Assembly (NCBI GenBank): GCA_030615855.1 | Contig: JAUWYL010000007.1 | Coordinates: forward strand, 1-50,939 | Direction: 5' to 3' | From: a bacterium | GTDB lineage: Bacteria; UBP18; UBA7526 | DNA length: 50,939 bases | Shown here: in pieces, positions 37,139 to 47,871 of the stretch | Numbering within the stretch: position 1 is the stretch's first letter | Layout: every line of letters begins with the position of its first letter | The notes under the pieces: model-generated | Databases searched by the model: none | What the model saw: only the letters and a program-made list of their open reading frames with translations | Told to the model about the DNA's origin: nothing | Translations under genes and position numbers: made by a program

Positions 37139-38649
37139 ATCTTCTTCAATCCTCTCCGCCACTTGCTTTCGGCGAACCCTCTTCTCCAGAGATTTTCTCT
37201 CTTTTTCTCCCTCTTTAGAGGGGTTCCCTTACGGTTCTGATAGGCGAGGAGACAGCCGGTAATGACCGCTATCTTCTCTGAGGCCCGATTATTCACCTTT
37301 AACCTCTTAAGTAACCTATGCCTCTCAATGAAGGAAAGGCTTATCTTTCCCCTTTGAAAATCCCTTTCACAGAGAATGGCCTTATGTAAGGGAACGGTAG
37401 TCTTCACCCCTTCGATAATGAATTCATTCAAGGCCGCTCCCATCCTTCTTATCACCTCTTCCCTATCTTTCCCCCAGACAGTGAGTTTGGCAATCAGGGT
37501 ATCGTAGTATAAAGGAATGGTATACCCGGAATAGATAGAGCTATCCACCCTCACTCCCAGTCCTCCTGGGAATCTCAGGTTTCTGATCGTTCCTGGAGAG
37601 GGAGCAAAGTCATTCAAGGGATCTTCAACATTTATTCGGCACTCCATAGCACATCCATCTAAGGAAATATCTTTCTGCCTGAAACGTAACCTCTCACCAG
37701 TGGCAAGCCTTATCTGGGCTTTAACCAGATCAATCCCGGTTACTCTCTCAGTTACCGAATGCTCCACCTGAATCCGAGCATTTATCTCAATGAAGTAGAA
37801 GTTCTTTCTCTCATCTAAGATAAATTCTACCGTCCCAGCATTAGTATATTCCACGGCTTTTGCGACCTTTACCGCTGCCTCTCCCAATCTATTTCTCAAT
37901 TTCTCATCGACTACTGGAGAGGGCGTCTCCTCTAAAAGTTTCTGATACCTTCTCTGTATCGTGCAGTCCCTCTCCCCAAGATGAATCATATTATTATGCT
38001 CATCGGCCAATATCTGGACCTCGATATGCCTGGGATTCCTGATATACTTCTCAATGTAAAGGGCGGGGTCATCGAAGGAGACTCGAGCCTCTAACCTGGC
38101 CACCTTCAAGAGAGAAGGAAGTTCTTTTAATCTATTAACCCGGCGTAGTCCTCGTCCTCCCCCACCATAGGCGGCCTTGATTATTATCGGAAGCCCTAAT
38201 CTTCGGGCCAAATCCCGGGCCTCCTTATTACTCTTTATCGGTTCTTTTGAACCCGGTATTATAGGAACTCCAGCCTCCTCCACAATCTTTCTGGCCAAGA
38301 GCTTATTACCCACTCTTTCCATAGTGCGGGAATCTGGGCCGACGAATTTTATTCTATTCTTCTCACATAATTTAACAAACTTTGGATTCTCTGCCAAGAA
38401 GCCATATCCCGGATGAACGGCCTGGGCCCCACTTGACTTAGCGATCTCGATGATCTTTCTCATATTGAGGTAGCTCTCCTTGGGCTGAGGTCCACCCAAA
38501 AAATAGGCCTCGTGCGCCAGCTTGACGTAAAGGCTCGCTCTATCAACTGAGGAGTAGACAGCAACCGTCTGGATGCCCAGTTCCCGGCAGGCACGAATGA
38601 TCCTTACCGCAATCTCTCCCCGATTGGCGATCAGTATCTTCTTGAACAT
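37135..38649 (-). CDS. accC: Biotin carboxylase
   Basis: KILIANRGEIA, HPGYGFLAEN, GGGGRG, RDCTIQRRYQK, EINARIQVEH. Confidence 0.93.
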   Translation of the reverse strand: MFKKILIANRGEIAVRIIRACRELGIQTVAVYSSVDRASLYVKLAHEAYFLGGPQPKESYLNMRKIIEIAKSSGAQAVHPGYGFLAENPKFVKLCEKNRIKFVGPDSRTMERVGNKLLARKIVEEAGVPIIPGSKEPIKSNKEARDLARRLGLPIIIKAAYGGGGRGLRRVNRLKELPSLLKVARLEARVSFDDPALYIEKYIRNPRHIEVQILADEHNNMIHLGERDCTIQRRYQKLLEETPSPVVDEKLRNRLGEAAVKVAKAVEYTNAGTVEFILDERKNFYFIEINARIQVEHSVTERVTGIDLVKAQIRLATGERLRFRQKDISLDGCAMECRINVEDPLNDFAPSPGTIRNLRFPGGLGVRVDSSIYSGYTIPLYYDTLIAKLTVWGKDREEVIRRMGAALNEFIIEGVKTTVPLHKAILCERDFQRGKISLSFIERHRLLKRLKVNNRASEKIAVITGCLLAYQNRKGTPLKREKKRENLWRRGFAESKWRRGLKKI

Positions 38650-38711
38650 TTTTCTCTCACCTAGAGGTTTACGGTGTACGGTTAACGGTAAACGGTAAAC
38701 GATCCTTCTTG

Positions 38712-39848
38712 TTATCCAAGAATAGCAAGTAGGATTCCAGCGGCGATAGCAGAACCGATCACTCCCGCCACATTGGGGCCCATAGCATGCATTAATAAGA
38801 AGTTACTGGGATCCTCCCTCTGTCCCTCCTTCTGTACCACCCGGGCCGCCATGGGGACGGCAGAAACTCCTGCCGCACCGATCAGAGGATTGATAGGTTC
38901 TTTGGAGAAGAAGGACATAAGCTTACCAAAAAGCACCCCGCTTGCCGTGGCAATGGAGAAGGCGATCACTCCTAAGACCAGTATCTTCAGGGTAACCAAA
39001 GTGAGGAAGGTCTCTCCCCTCATAGTGGCTCCGATGCATATCCCTAAGAATATAGTGGTGATATTTATGATCTCGTTCTCTGCCGTACGGGCCAGCCTCT
39101 TCACCACCCCGCTCTCCCTCATCAAGTTTCCCAGCATGAACATCCCGATTAAAGGAGAGGCCTTGGGGACTAATAGGATACATAGGATGGCAACGATTAA
39201 GGGAAAGAGTATTTTCTCCCTTCTTGAGACCGGACGCAGTTGCTTCATAATAATCTTTCTCTCCTCTTTAGTAGTAAGAAGCCTCATGATAGGGGGCTGG
39301 ATGAGGGGGACCAGGGCCATATAGGAGTAGGCAGCAATAGCGACCGGTCCCATCAAATGGGGAGCGAGGATAGAGGTAGTGAAGATGGCGGTTGGACCAT
39401 CTGCACCACCAATGATTCCTATGGAGCCTGCTTCAGGGAGGGTAAAGCCTAATCCAATGGCGCCCAAGAGAGTGGCGAAGATCCCGAACTGGGCCGCAGC
39501 CCCCAAGAGAAAGGTCTTGGGATGAGCCAGAAGGGGGCCGAAATCGGTCATGGCTCCGATACCCAAGAAGATTAAAGGAGGGAAAATGCCATATTTTATT
39601 CCGAAGTAGAGGTAGTAGAGCATCCCTCCTTCCTCCATTATTCCGGATAGAGGGATATTGGCCAATATGCTCCCGAAACCGATAGGAATGAGAAGTAATG
39701 GTTCATACTTCTTGGCGATGGCTAAGTAGATTAATAGGCATCCAACCCCAATCATGATTATATTCTGATAAGTGAGGTTGGTATATCCAATATTTTCTAA
39801 GAGGCTAGCAAATGCCCTTCCCAGATTCTGGATTTGAGAGAAAAACAT
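38712..39848 (-). CDS. Na+-translocating decarboxylase beta subunit (OadB/MmdB/GcdB family)
   Basis: [57 protein letters not shown]. Confidence 0.95.
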   Translation of the reverse strand: MFFSQIQNLGRAFASLLENIGYTNLTYQNIIMIGVGCLLIYLAIAKKYEPLLLIPIGFGSILANIPLSGIMEEGGMLYYLYFGIKYGIFPPLIFLGIGAMTDFGPLLAHPKTFLLGAAAQFGIFATLLGAIGLGFTLPEAGSIGIIGGADGPTAIFTTSILAPHLMGPVAIAAYSYMALVPLIQPPIMRLLTTKEERKIIMKQLRPVSRREKILFPLIVAILCILLVPKASPLIGMFMLGNLMRESGVVKRLARTAENEIINITTIFLGICIGATMRGETFLTLVTLKILVLGVIAFSIATASGVLFGKLMSFFSKEPINPLIGAAGVSAVPMAARVVQKEGQREDPSNFLLMHAMGPNVAGVIGSAIAAGILLAILG

Positions 39849-40231
39849 TACTTTCTTCCTAAAGGAGTAAGGATCATGAGAAGGTTCCCAATATCCACCT
39901 TCTCTCCCTTCTTCACCTTGATCTCCTTAACCACCCCTTTAGCAGGGGTAATGATGGCGTTCTCCATCTTCATGGCCTCCAAGATGATGACCGTCTCTCC
40001 TGCCTTTACCTTATCCCCTACCTGCTTCTTTATCTCTATGATGAGCCCCGGGATGGGAGAGGTGATATCAATTTCCTTCTTAGTAACGCGGGGGGCTTGA
40101 GGAATGAGGAGCTTCTTAATGCTTACCTCTACCCCAGGCCTCTTGGAAGGAATAGGAGCCTGAGCAGAGGTCTCTTCCTCTATCTCCACCTCAAATACCT
40201 TTCCATTTACCTTAATCCTAAACTTCCTCAT
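39848..40231 (-). CDS. Biotin carrier subunit of the Na+-pumping decarboxylase (MmdC/GcdC-like)
   Basis: [18 protein letters not shown]-terminus and EAMKMEN. Confidence 0.88.
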   Translation of the reverse strand: MRKFRIKVNGKVFEVEIEEETSAQAPIPSKRPGVEVSIKKLLIPQAPRVTKKEIDITSPIPGLIIEIKKQVGDKVKAGETVIILEAMKMENAIITPAKGVVKEIKVKKGEKVDIGNLLMILTPLGRK

Positions 40232-40515
40232 CTAAGAACCCTTCTTCTAATGAGGGAGGTTCTCATCTGCTCTTCCCTCTTCCTCCTCGCCCATCTGGAT
40301 GGCTTATAGTGAACCTCGCTCTCTGGTGATTCTAAGGCGACTAAGGCAGCGGATAAGGCGGCAATGGTCTCCTTCTCCCTTCCTGGATAGCGGGTAACCT
40401 TCTTCTTAGAAAGCCGGGCTAACAGTCGCATAATAATGACCAGGAGAAACAAGGAAGCGAAGACGATGAGCATCCCAACGATGACAATGGATATCCCGCT
40501 CAGCCACTTCTCCAT
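40228..40515 (-). CDS. OadG/MmdD-family membrane anchor subunit
   Basis: GMLIVFASLFLLV TM helix, IAALSAAL motif, position in the operon. Confidence 0.75.
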   Translation of the reverse strand: MEKWLSGISIVIVGMLIVFASLFLLVIIMRLLARLSKKKVTRYPGREKETIAALSAALVALESPESEVHYKPSRWARRKREEQMRTSLIRRRVLR

Positions 40516-40597
40516 ATCACCCTCGCTTCGCTCGGAATTAGTTAATAAGTTGACAAGTTGATAAGTTTACTTGTTAACTTCTGGTTACTGGTTACTT

Positions 40598-42241
40598 CTA
40601 TAGTGGTATATTCCCATGCTTCTTCTGGGGTCTCGATTCTCCCTTTGAGGAAAACATCTCTAAGGCCTTGATGAGTTGGGGTCTGGTCTCATAGGGTTCG
40701 ATGACCTTATCCACATATCCCCGGCGGGCAGCAACATAGGGATTGGCGAACTTCTTTGTATACTCCGCTATCTTCTTTGCCAGGACCTCTTGAGGCTTCT
40801 TGCTTGAGGCGATTTCCTTTTTATATACGATCTCTGCTGCTCCCTGGGGACCCATGACCGCGATCTCTGCAGTGGGCCAAGCATAGACGGCATCCGCCCC
40901 TAAGTGCCGGGAGCACATCCCGATATATGCCCCTCCATATGCCTTTCTGAGGATGATAGTTAATTTGGGTACTGTGGCCTCAGAGTAGGCATATAAGAGC
41001 TTTGCCCCATGCCTAATCACTCCCCCATGCTCCTGGTCTGTTCCTGGCAAGTATCCCGGGACATCGACAAAGGTAACCAGAGGGATATTAAAAGAGTCAC
41101 AGAATCTGACAAACCTGGCTGCTTTATCAGAACTATTGACATCCAAGACCCCTGCTAAGACCTTGGGCTGATTGGCAATAATGCCTACGGAGTAACCGTT
41201 CAATCTTCCAAAGCCGATGACCATATTGGGGGCGAAATAGGACTGTATCTCAAAGAACTCGGAAGCATCGACCACCTTCTCAATGACATCCCGCACATCA
41301 TAGGGCTTCTTGGGGATGGTGGGGACCAGATTGGCTAAGGTCTCATCCATCCGGTTAGGATCATCACCCAAGTCAATGATGGCCGGCTCCTCCAGGTTAT
41401 TGGAGGGGATGTAACTTAAGAGTTTCTTCAGAAGATTAAAGGCTTCCTCCTCAGATTCGCAGGCAAAGTGGGCCACCCCGGATAATTGGTTATGGGCCAT
41501 GGCCCCTCCTAATTCCTCCTGACTAACATCCTCTCCCGTGACGGTCTTTACCACATCCGGGCCAGTGATGAACATCCTGCTAATTCCCTTCACCATGAAG
41601 GTGAAGTCGGTGATGGCGGGGGAATAGACCGCTCCTCCCGCACAGGGACCCAAGATGACTGAGATCTGAGGGATTACCCCAGAGGCAAGAGTATTCCTAT
41701 AGAATATATCTCCATAACCTTTCAGGGAATCCACCCCTTCCTGAATCCGAGCCCCTCCAGAGTCATTTATCCCAATTAGAGGAACGCCCATCTTCATGGC
41801 CAGATCCATGACCTTGCATATCTTCTGGGCATGCATCTCACCCAGACTTCCCCCAGCAATGGTGAAGTCCTGGGCAAAGAGACAGACCCTCCTTCCATCC
41901 ATGCGACCATAACCCGTGACCACTCCCTCACCAGGAAGGGCTTTCTTATCCATCCCTAAATCTGTTGCCCGGTGTCTAACGAAGATATCCGTCTCCTCAA
42001 AGCTTCCGTCATCCAACAAAAGGTCGATCCTCTCTCTTGCCATAAGCTTTCCTTTCTTATGCTGGGCTTCGATCCTCTCCTTCCCACCCCCTAAGAAGAT
42101 CTTCTCTCTCTTCTCCTTTAGTTCGGCCATCTTCTGGGCTATGGTAGCCTTGGGTATCACCTCTACCCCAGGAGGCCTCTTCACCACTTCTTTCTTCAAC
42201 TTCTTCTTCAGAATCCCTTTGATCTTTTTAAAGATTGGCAT
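40598..42241 (-). CDS. Acyl-CoA carboxyltransferase (MmdA/PccB-like alpha subunit)
   Basis: [45 protein letters not shown]. Start moved to ATG 42241. Confidence 0.92.
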   Translation of the reverse strand: MPIFKKIKGILKKKLKKEVVKRPPGVEVIPKATIAQKMAELKEKREKIFLGGGKERIEAQHKKGKLMARERIDLLLDDGSFEETDIFVRHRATDLGMDKKALPGEGVVTGYGRMDGRRVCLFAQDFTIAGGSLGEMHAQKICKVMDLAMKMGVPLIGINDSGGARIQEGVDSLKGYGDIFYRNTLASGVIPQISVILGPCAGGAVYSPAITDFTFMVKGISRMFITGPDVVKTVTGEDVSQEELGGAMAHNQLSGVAHFACESEEEAFNLLKKLLSYIPSNNLEEPAIIDLGDDPNRMDETLANLVPTIPKKPYDVRDVIEKVVDASEFFEIQSYFAPNMVIGFGRLNGYSVGIIANQPKVLAGVLDVNSSDKAARFVRFCDSFNIPLVTFVDVPGYLPGTDQEHGGVIRHGAKLLYAYSEATVPKLTIILRKAYGGAYIGMCSRHLGADAVYAWPTAEIAVMGPQGAAEIVYKKEIASSKKPQEVLAKKIAEYTKKFANPYVAARRGYVDKVIEPYETRPQLIKALEMFSSKGESRPQKKHGNIPL

Positions 42242-42341
42242 CTCTTTCCTCCTTTTTGACACGGATTTTTTTGCATTGCTTACTGCTTAGGCAAAAACAC
42301 CGCGGATTGTCACGGATTCATCCGTTTCTTTAAATCCGTGC

Positions 42342-43286
42342 TCATCCGTGCTTATGTTCCAGGACTTCTTCTGCTGCCTTTACGATATCGTTGGAATCGA
42401 GGTTAAACTCTTTGATTAGTTCCTCTGGTGTTCCCGACTCTCCAAACCTATCCTGAATGCCAATGAACCTCATGGGAACGGGATAGTTCTCCACCACTAC
42501 CTCTGCCACAGCACTCCCAAACCCTCCCATGATCTGATGTTCCTCACAGGCGATGATGGCTCCGGTCTCTTTAGCTGCCTTTATAATTGCCTCCTTATCA
42601 ATGGGCTTTACCGTATGAAGGTTAATTACTCTGGCACTTACTCCCTTCTTCTCTAACTTCTCTGCCGCCTTTAATGATTCACAGACCATGTAGCCACAGG
42701 CGATTAGAGAGACATCCTTTCCTTCTCTAAATGTTGCTGCTTTTCCGAGCTTGAAAGGGGTATCCTTTTTAGTAATTACTGGTATCTTCTCCCTTCCAAA
42801 TCGGATATAGGCCGGACCCTTAATCTCTGCGGCTAGCATAGTCGCCTTATAGGTCTCAATGGCATCGCAGGGAACGATGACCTTCATGTTGGGTAAAACT
42901 CTCATGAGAGTAATCTCCTCTAAGGCCTGGTGGGTAGCACCATCCGGGCCAACAGAAACCCCACCATGAGCCCCTCCGATCTTGACATTGAGGTTAGCAT
43001 AGCAGATGGTAGTCCTTATCTGATCCCAGGCCCTTCCAGCAACAAAGACTCCATAGGTTGAGACAAATGGTATCTTTCCTGTCAAGGATAGACCAGCAGC
43101 GGTATTGAGCATATCCTGCTCAGCAATCCCGATCTCGAAGAATCGATCGGGGAACTTCTCAGCAAACCATAATGTTCGGGTAGAATCGGTTAAGTCCGCA
43201 CCTAAGACAACCACTTTGGGATTGGTCTTTCCTAACTCAACTAATGCCTCTCCATAACCATCCCTCGTCGCTTTCATCTCTGTCAT
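42342..43286 (-). CDS. Transketolase, C-terminal subunit
   Basis: GIAEQD, GPDGATHQALE, PAYIRFGR, EEHQIMGGFGSAVAE. Confidence 0.92.
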   Translation of the reverse strand: MTEMKATRDGYGEALVELGKTNPKVVVLGADLTDSTRTLWFAEKFPDRFFEIGIAEQDMLNTAAGLSLTGKIPFVSTYGVFVAGRAWDQIRTTICYANLNVKIGGAHGGVSVGPDGATHQALEEITLMRVLPNMKVIVPCDAIETYKATMLAAEIKGPAYIRFGREKIPVITKKDTPFKLGKAATFREGKDVSLIACGYMVCESLKAAEKLEKKGVSARVINLHTVKPIDKEAIIKAAKETGAIIACEEHQIMGGFGSAVAEVVVENYPVPMRFIGIQDRFGESGTPEELIKEFNLDSNDIVKAAEEVLEHKHG

Positions 43287-43307
43287 CTTTCTAAACCTCC
43301 TTATAAT

Positions 43308-43391
43308 CACAGATTAGCACAGATTAAAGGATACAGATTATCACAGATAAATCCGTGTGTATCAGTGTTGTTATCCGTGTCTATCCGTGTT
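43308..43391. repeat. CACAGAT/ATCCGTG-family hairpin element
   Basis: cacagatt units facing atccgtgt units; further copies at about 10205-10245, 26600-26670, 32355-32432, 42259-42350, 45695-45757 and 46955-47030. Confidence 0.85.
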
Positions 43392-44258
43392 CTAGGCTTC
43401 CGCTTCTTCCAACTGCTCTTTGGTCGGTTTCATATTTAGTTCCTTTAAGGCCAGTTCTATCTGCTCTCCCTTGGGTGCCACACCATGCCACTCTGCCTTA
43501 TCTTCCATGAAGGAGACCCCTTTCCCTTTTATGGTGTGGGCAATAATCATGGTGGGCTTCCCCTTTGTCCTCTCCGCCTCATCATAGGCATCCATCACTT
43601 CCTTTATACTATGGCCATCGATCTCGATGACATGCCAGCCGAAGGACGCCCACCTCTCCTTTACTGATTCTAATTTCATGACATCCTCAGTGAAGCCGTC
43701 TATCTGTAATCTATTCCGATCGATAATGGCGCAGAGGTTATCTAACTTATAATGGGACGCGGTCATGGCTGCCTCCCAGACCTGGCCCTCATCCGTCTCC
43801 CCATCTCCTAAGAGGCAGTAGACCCGATAATCCTTTCTATCCAACCTAGCACCTAAAGCGATGCCATTGGCGATGGATAGCCCCTGGCCTAAAGAGCCGC
43901 AGGAGGTCTCTAAGCCGGGAAGGTAGAGCATATGGGGATGTCCCTGCAACCGGGAATGTAACTTCCTCAAGGTCATTAATTCCTCTTTCGGGAAATAGCC
44001 ACATCTGGCCATAACGGTATATAGAGCGGGGCAGATATGCCCTTTGGAAAGGATGAACCTGTCCCTATCCGGCCAATCTGGCTTCTTGGGTTCGTGTCGC
44101 ATCTTATAATAATAAAGTCCGGTCAGTATCTCAACAGATGATAATGAGCCACCTGGATGGCCGCTCCCTGCTTCACCCAGCATCTTGATGATATCCTTTC
44201 TGATCTCCGTTGCCTCCTTCTCTAGTTTCTTAATATCCGGTCTCTTCTTTTCTTCCAT
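43392..44258 (-). CDS. Transketolase, N-terminal (TPP-binding) subunit
   Basis: SGHPGGSLS, DRFILSKGH, GSLGQG, GDGE...N TPP motif. Confidence 0.93.
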   Translation of the reverse strand: MEEKKRPDIKKLEKEATEIRKDIIKMLGEAGSGHPGGSLSSVEILTGLYYYKMRHEPKKPDWPDRDRFILSKGHICPALYTVMARCGYFPKEELMTLRKLHSRLQGHPHMLYLPGLETSCGSLGQGLSIANGIALGARLDRKDYRVYCLLGDGETDEGQVWEAAMTASHYKLDNLCAIIDRNRLQIDGFTEDVMKLESVKERWASFGWHVIEIDGHSIKEVMDAYDEAERTKGKPTMIIAHTIKGKGVSFMEDKAEWHGVAPKGEQIELALKELNMKPTKEQLEEAEA

Positions 44259-44275
44259 AATTTAACCTCCTTATG

Positions 44276-44410
44276 CACGGATTAGTTTAAATTTAAAAAT
44301 CAAATATTAAAAATTAAAATTACATATTAAAATCCAAAATTTTAAACTTTGATTTGTCATTTTGCACTTTGATTTTTGCATTTTGCATTTAGTCATCGTG
44401 TCTATCCGTG
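44276..44410. mobile_element. Composite hairpin element, inverted copy of 35230-35358
   Basis: Manual reverse-complement alignment; differs by substitutions and one extra heptamer unit. Confidence 0.75.
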
Positions 44411-45661
44411 TTATGGATAGATTCCCCTTAACCTCGTGGCTTCTGCCACTCGAGAAACGGCTAACATATAAGCAGCAGTCCTCATATCCACCTTCTCCTG
44501 TTGATAAACCTTCAAGACATCCTGAAAACCCTTTACCATTACCTTCTCTAACTGAGCATTCACCTCTTCCTCTGTCCAGAAGTGGAACTGGAGGTCCTGC
44601 ATCCATTCAAAATAACTGACCGTCACTCCACCAGCATTGGCTAAAATATCGGGAATGACGAATATCTTATTCCTGGCCAGTATCTCATCCGCTCCAGGAG
44701 TAGTCGGCCCATTGGCCGCCTCAGCAATGATCTTAGCTTTGATTCTCTCTGCGTTCTCTTCTGTTATCTGATTCTCTAAAGCAGCGGGAACCAAAACATC
44801 ACATTTTAGTTCCAGAAGTTCGCTATTTGTGATTGCCTCTCCTTTCTCATACTCCTTCACCGAGCCGGTTCTACTCTTATATTCCGCGAGTTTAGCAGGA
44901 TCGAGGCCTTTCCTGTTATAGATTCCACCCCGGGAATCAGAAACAGCAATTATTTGGGCACCCTTTTCTCCTAAGATCCGGACTATTCCAGCACCGGCTG
45001 CACCATATCCCTGGACTGCTATGGTTGCCCCCTGGAGGTCCAGACCAAGGTATTGGAGAGCCTGTTGAACAGTGAATACCACTCCCCAGGAAGTAGCATC
45101 CTTCCTTCCTTTGGTACCGCCTAGGGCTAAAGGTTTCCCAGTCACTACCCCGGGAACAGTAAAGCCCTGAGCCATGGAATAGGTATCCATAATCCAGGAC
45201 ATAATCTGGGAATCGGTATAGACATCAGGAGCCGGAATGTCCTTCTCCGGGCCAATAATAACCGAAATCTCATAGGTAAATCTCCTGGTCAATCTTTCTA
45301 TCTCTCCCAAAGACATCTCTTTTGGGTTACACGTAACTCCACCTTTCGCGCCCCCGTAAGGAATACCCACCACGGCACACTTCCAGGTCATAGCCATGGC
45401 CAGGGCCTTTATCTCATCCAGGGTAACCGTGGGATGATACCTTATCCCCCCTTTTGACGGCCCCCTATCCACATTATGCTGTACCCGATAACCAGTGAAT
45501 ACCTCTAAGGAACCATCATCCATCTTTACTGGAATGGAGACGATGAGCTGCCTTTTGGGAAACTTAAGCTTCTTATGCAAACCAGGGTCGAGTTTGAGTT
45601 TTTCCGCTGCTCTATCCAGTAATTCCAGACCAATCTGAAAAGAACTGTGTTTCTCTGCCAT
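44411..45661 (-). CDS. gdhA: Glutamate dehydrogenase (Glu/Leu/Phe/Val family)
   Basis: GPSKGGIRYHP, MTWKCAV, GGAKGG, DIPAPDV, EAANGP, NAGGVTVSYFEW. Confidence 0.93.
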   Translation of the reverse strand: MAEKHSSFQIGLELLDRAAEKLKLDPGLHKKLKFPKRQLIVSIPVKMDDGSLEVFTGYRVQHNVDRGPSKGGIRYHPTVTLDEIKALAMAMTWKCAVVGIPYGGAKGGVTCNPKEMSLGEIERLTRRFTYEISVIIGPEKDIPAPDVYTDSQIMSWIMDTYSMAQGFTVPGVVTGKPLALGGTKGRKDATSWGVVFTVQQALQYLGLDLQGATIAVQGYGAAGAGIVRILGEKGAQIIAVSDSRGGIYNRKGLDPAKLAEYKSRTGSVKEYEKGEAITNSELLELKCDVLVPAALENQITEENAERIKAKIIAEAANGPTTPGADEILARNKIFVIPDILANAGGVTVSYFEWMQDLQFHFWTEEEVNAQLEKVMVKGFQDVLKVYQQEKVDMRTAAYMLAVSRVAEATRLRGIYP

Positions 45662-45757
45662 TCCTATAAGCCTCCTCTCAAAACAATTCTGTAACCACGG
45701 ATTACACAGATTTTACGGATTATTTTTAAATCTGTCTAATCCGTCTAATCTGTGGTT

Positions 45758-46924
45758 TCATTGAAGTCTTAAATTCTTTATTCTTTTTACTGCTTCCTTT
45801 ATTCTTGATTTATCGACCGTTAAAGCCGCCCGGATATAGCCCTCACCAGATTTACCAAAACCGTTCCCCGGGGTCATGACGATTCCACACTTCTCCAGTA
45901 AGGTCTCGCAGAGCTTCGCTGAAGTATATTTCTCGGGTACCGGAATCCAAACATAGAAGGCCACCTTTGGCAGAGGAACATCCCAGCCCAGGCTATTCAA
46001 TCCATTTACTAAAATATCCCTTCTCTCCTTATAGGTAGCGACATTTTGAGCAATGCACTCCTGCGGGCCGGCCAAGGCCTCCATCCCGGCATACTGGATG
46101 GCCTGGAAAACCCCGGAATCGATATTGGTCTTTATACTCCCCAACCCGGCCAGGATATTACTATTACCCACCGCAAAGCCTATCCTCCAGCCGGTCATAT
46201 TATAGGTCTTGGACAAGGAGTGGAACTCTATTCCCACCTTTCTCGCTCCTGCTATTTCTAAGAAACTGGGCGGCTTATAACCTTCGTAGCCCAGCTCAGA
46301 GTAGGTGGCATCATGGCAGACGATAACATCATTCTCTTTAGCGAACTTGACCACTTTCTTGAAGAAGTCTTTATCTGCTACGGCAGAGATGGGATTATTG
46401 GGATAATTGATAAACATTAATTTTGCTTTTTTGGCAATCTTTCTATCAATGGCCCCCAAATCTGGTAGAAAATTATTCTCTCTCAATAAAGGCATGGAAT
46501 GAGGAATTCCACCAGCAAGAGTCACCCCTGCCCGATATACCGGATAGCCCGGATCGGGAATGAGGGTTAAGTCTCCCTCATTTATAAAAGCCAGAGGAAT
46601 GTGACCTATCCCCTCCTTGGCTCCAATGAGAGTAAGAACCTCTCTCTCTGGATCCAACTCGACATTAAATCTCTTTTTATACCAGGAGGCAACCGCTTTC
46701 CGGAATTTGAGCATTCCTTCATAAGTAGGGTATCTATGATTCTTAGGGTCCTTGGCTGCCCTATATAATGCCTCGATGATATGGTTTGGGGTAGGAAGGT
46801 CCGGATCCCCCACTCCAAAGTCAATGATATCCACACCTTTAGCAATTGCTTCCCTCTTCGCCCTATCGATCTGAGCAAAGAGATAAACGGGTAGTTTCTC
46901 TATTCTTTCTGCTCTTTTAATCAT
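45758..46924 (-). CDS. dapL: LL-diaminopimelate aminotransferase (DapL2-like class I aminotransferase)
   Basis: YLFAQID, GVGDPD, NYPNNP, EFHSLSKTYNMTGWRIG, NIDSGVFQAIQ; close to dapF. Confidence 0.8.
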   Translation of the reverse strand: MIKRAERIEKLPVYLFAQIDRAKREAIAKGVDIIDFGVGDPDLPTPNHIIEALYRAAKDPKNHRYPTYEGMLKFRKAVASWYKKRFNVELDPEREVLTLIGAKEGIGHIPLAFINEGDLTLIPDPGYPVYRAGVTLAGGIPHSMPLLRENNFLPDLGAIDRKIAKKAKLMFINYPNNPISAVADKDFFKKVVKFAKENDVIVCHDATYSELGYEGYKPPSFLEIAGARKVGIEFHSLSKTYNMTGWRIGFAVGNSNILAGLGSIKTNIDSGVFQAIQYAGMEALAGPQECIAQNVATYKERRDILVNGLNSLGWDVPLPKVAFYVWIPVPEKYTSAKLCETLLEKCGIVMTPGNGFGKSGEGYIRAALTVDKSRIKEAVKRIKNLRLQ

Positions 46925-47097
46925 AGATAAGCCTCACTTTGTTCGGCAGAATAGGGATGCAGACAGATTTAAGCGGATTCAGACAGATAATTTATCCGTT
47001 TGCATCTGCGATAATCCGTTTGAATCCCTTCCTTTATGATTTATTCAAATTCTGATGTTGTAAAATGGCAGATAATGCTTTAGGTCAAGCGTAGTTG

Positions 47098-47127
47098 CCA
47101 GCCGTCGCGTGCAACGGCTTGTTAGAC
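47098..47127 (-). mobile_element. Truncated attC site (left half)
   Basis: Minus strand GTCTAAC-AAGCCGTTGCACGCGACGG, with the TAA of the upstream gene inside the inverse core. Confidence 0.6.
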
Positions 47128-47361
47128 AACCAGAGTGAACCATGTAATCATAAGGATCCCAACGACCACGCCAAAAGCTCCTAGAAGGAGCCCGATCTTT
47201 CCGGCGCGAGTGGTTCTGGTCAAGAAGCCTGTGACGAGGGCAATCGCGCTGGCCGCGAGCGACCCCCAGAAAAGGCAGGCCGATTGGCCCCAACTCAAAA
47301 CGAACACAAAGTAACCTAATACTGCCAAGACCCCGAAGATAATCGAAACGGTGGACATCAC
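47122..47361 (-). CDS. Small three-TM membrane protein (gene cassette)
   Basis: GAGGAGGT RBS, three hydrophobic segments, stop codon inside GTCTAAC. Confidence 0.65.
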   Translation of the reverse strand: MMSTVSIIFGVLAVLGYFVFVLSWGQSACLFWGSLAASAIALVTGFLTRTTRAGKIGLLLGAFGVVVGILMITWFTLVV

Positions 47362-47421
47362 ATTACCTCCTCTCTAAACGAGTTCTTATTGAATTCCTTC
47401 GTCTTATTTTGTCACAAATTT

Positions 47422-47832
47422 TTACTTTTTCTTTTCAGTAATTGTCCATATTGCGCCCTCAGGTGGAATATCAGCAGTCCTGGTGACATAATTTTCAGGA
47501 TTTAATGTTTCCTCGGCCTTCAGGTTGTGCCATCCAGGGGTAACAAGATCGACGCATTGATCGCCTGGAGGCGCTGAACAGCTCTTCTCCCCATCAATAG
47601 ATAGCGTCAACCAGAATGAAGTTTTGTTTTTGAGAACAAATTCCGCGCTGGTCTTTGTCGTACACGCGGACTCACCAACTTCCTTTGCGCTTGTGGCTAG
47701 GGCTTCTTGTTTGCTCGTGCCAAGCTCCTCCTGAAGCAACACGGCTCCTTGTTCCCGCTTTGAACAGCCAAGGAATGATACTCCAACAGTCAGCATCATC
47801 AATACGGCAATAATCACTGTAGGTCTCTTCAT
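47422..47832 (-). CDS. Putative lipoprotein (gene cassette)
   Basis: AGGAGGAGG RBS, signal peptide with lipobox FLGC. Confidence 0.75.
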   Translation of the reverse strand: MKRPTVIIAVLMMLTVGVSFLGCSKREQGAVLLQEELGTSKQEALATSAKEVGESACTTKTSAEFVLKNKTSFWLTLSIDGEKSCSAPPGDQCVDLVTPGWHNLKAEETLNPENYVTRTADIPPEGAIWTITEKKK

Positions 47833-47871
47833 ACCTCCTCCTTTCCGTTGTGCTATTGTGCGTCGGTTGAT

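Noticed and set aside
12134-43310. Long N-terminal extensions in the ORF track for the PhnD-like gene, exonuclease, pdp, deoB, aor, CoA-transferase and transketolase
   Set aside because: They are read-through of upstream repeats; better starts with an RBS lie at the conserved domain boundary, unlike the prepilin cases.
44307-44606. ORF ending in KCKMQKSKCKM...
   Set aside because: An alternative frame of gdhA running into the heptamer element; the same applies to 16771-17025.
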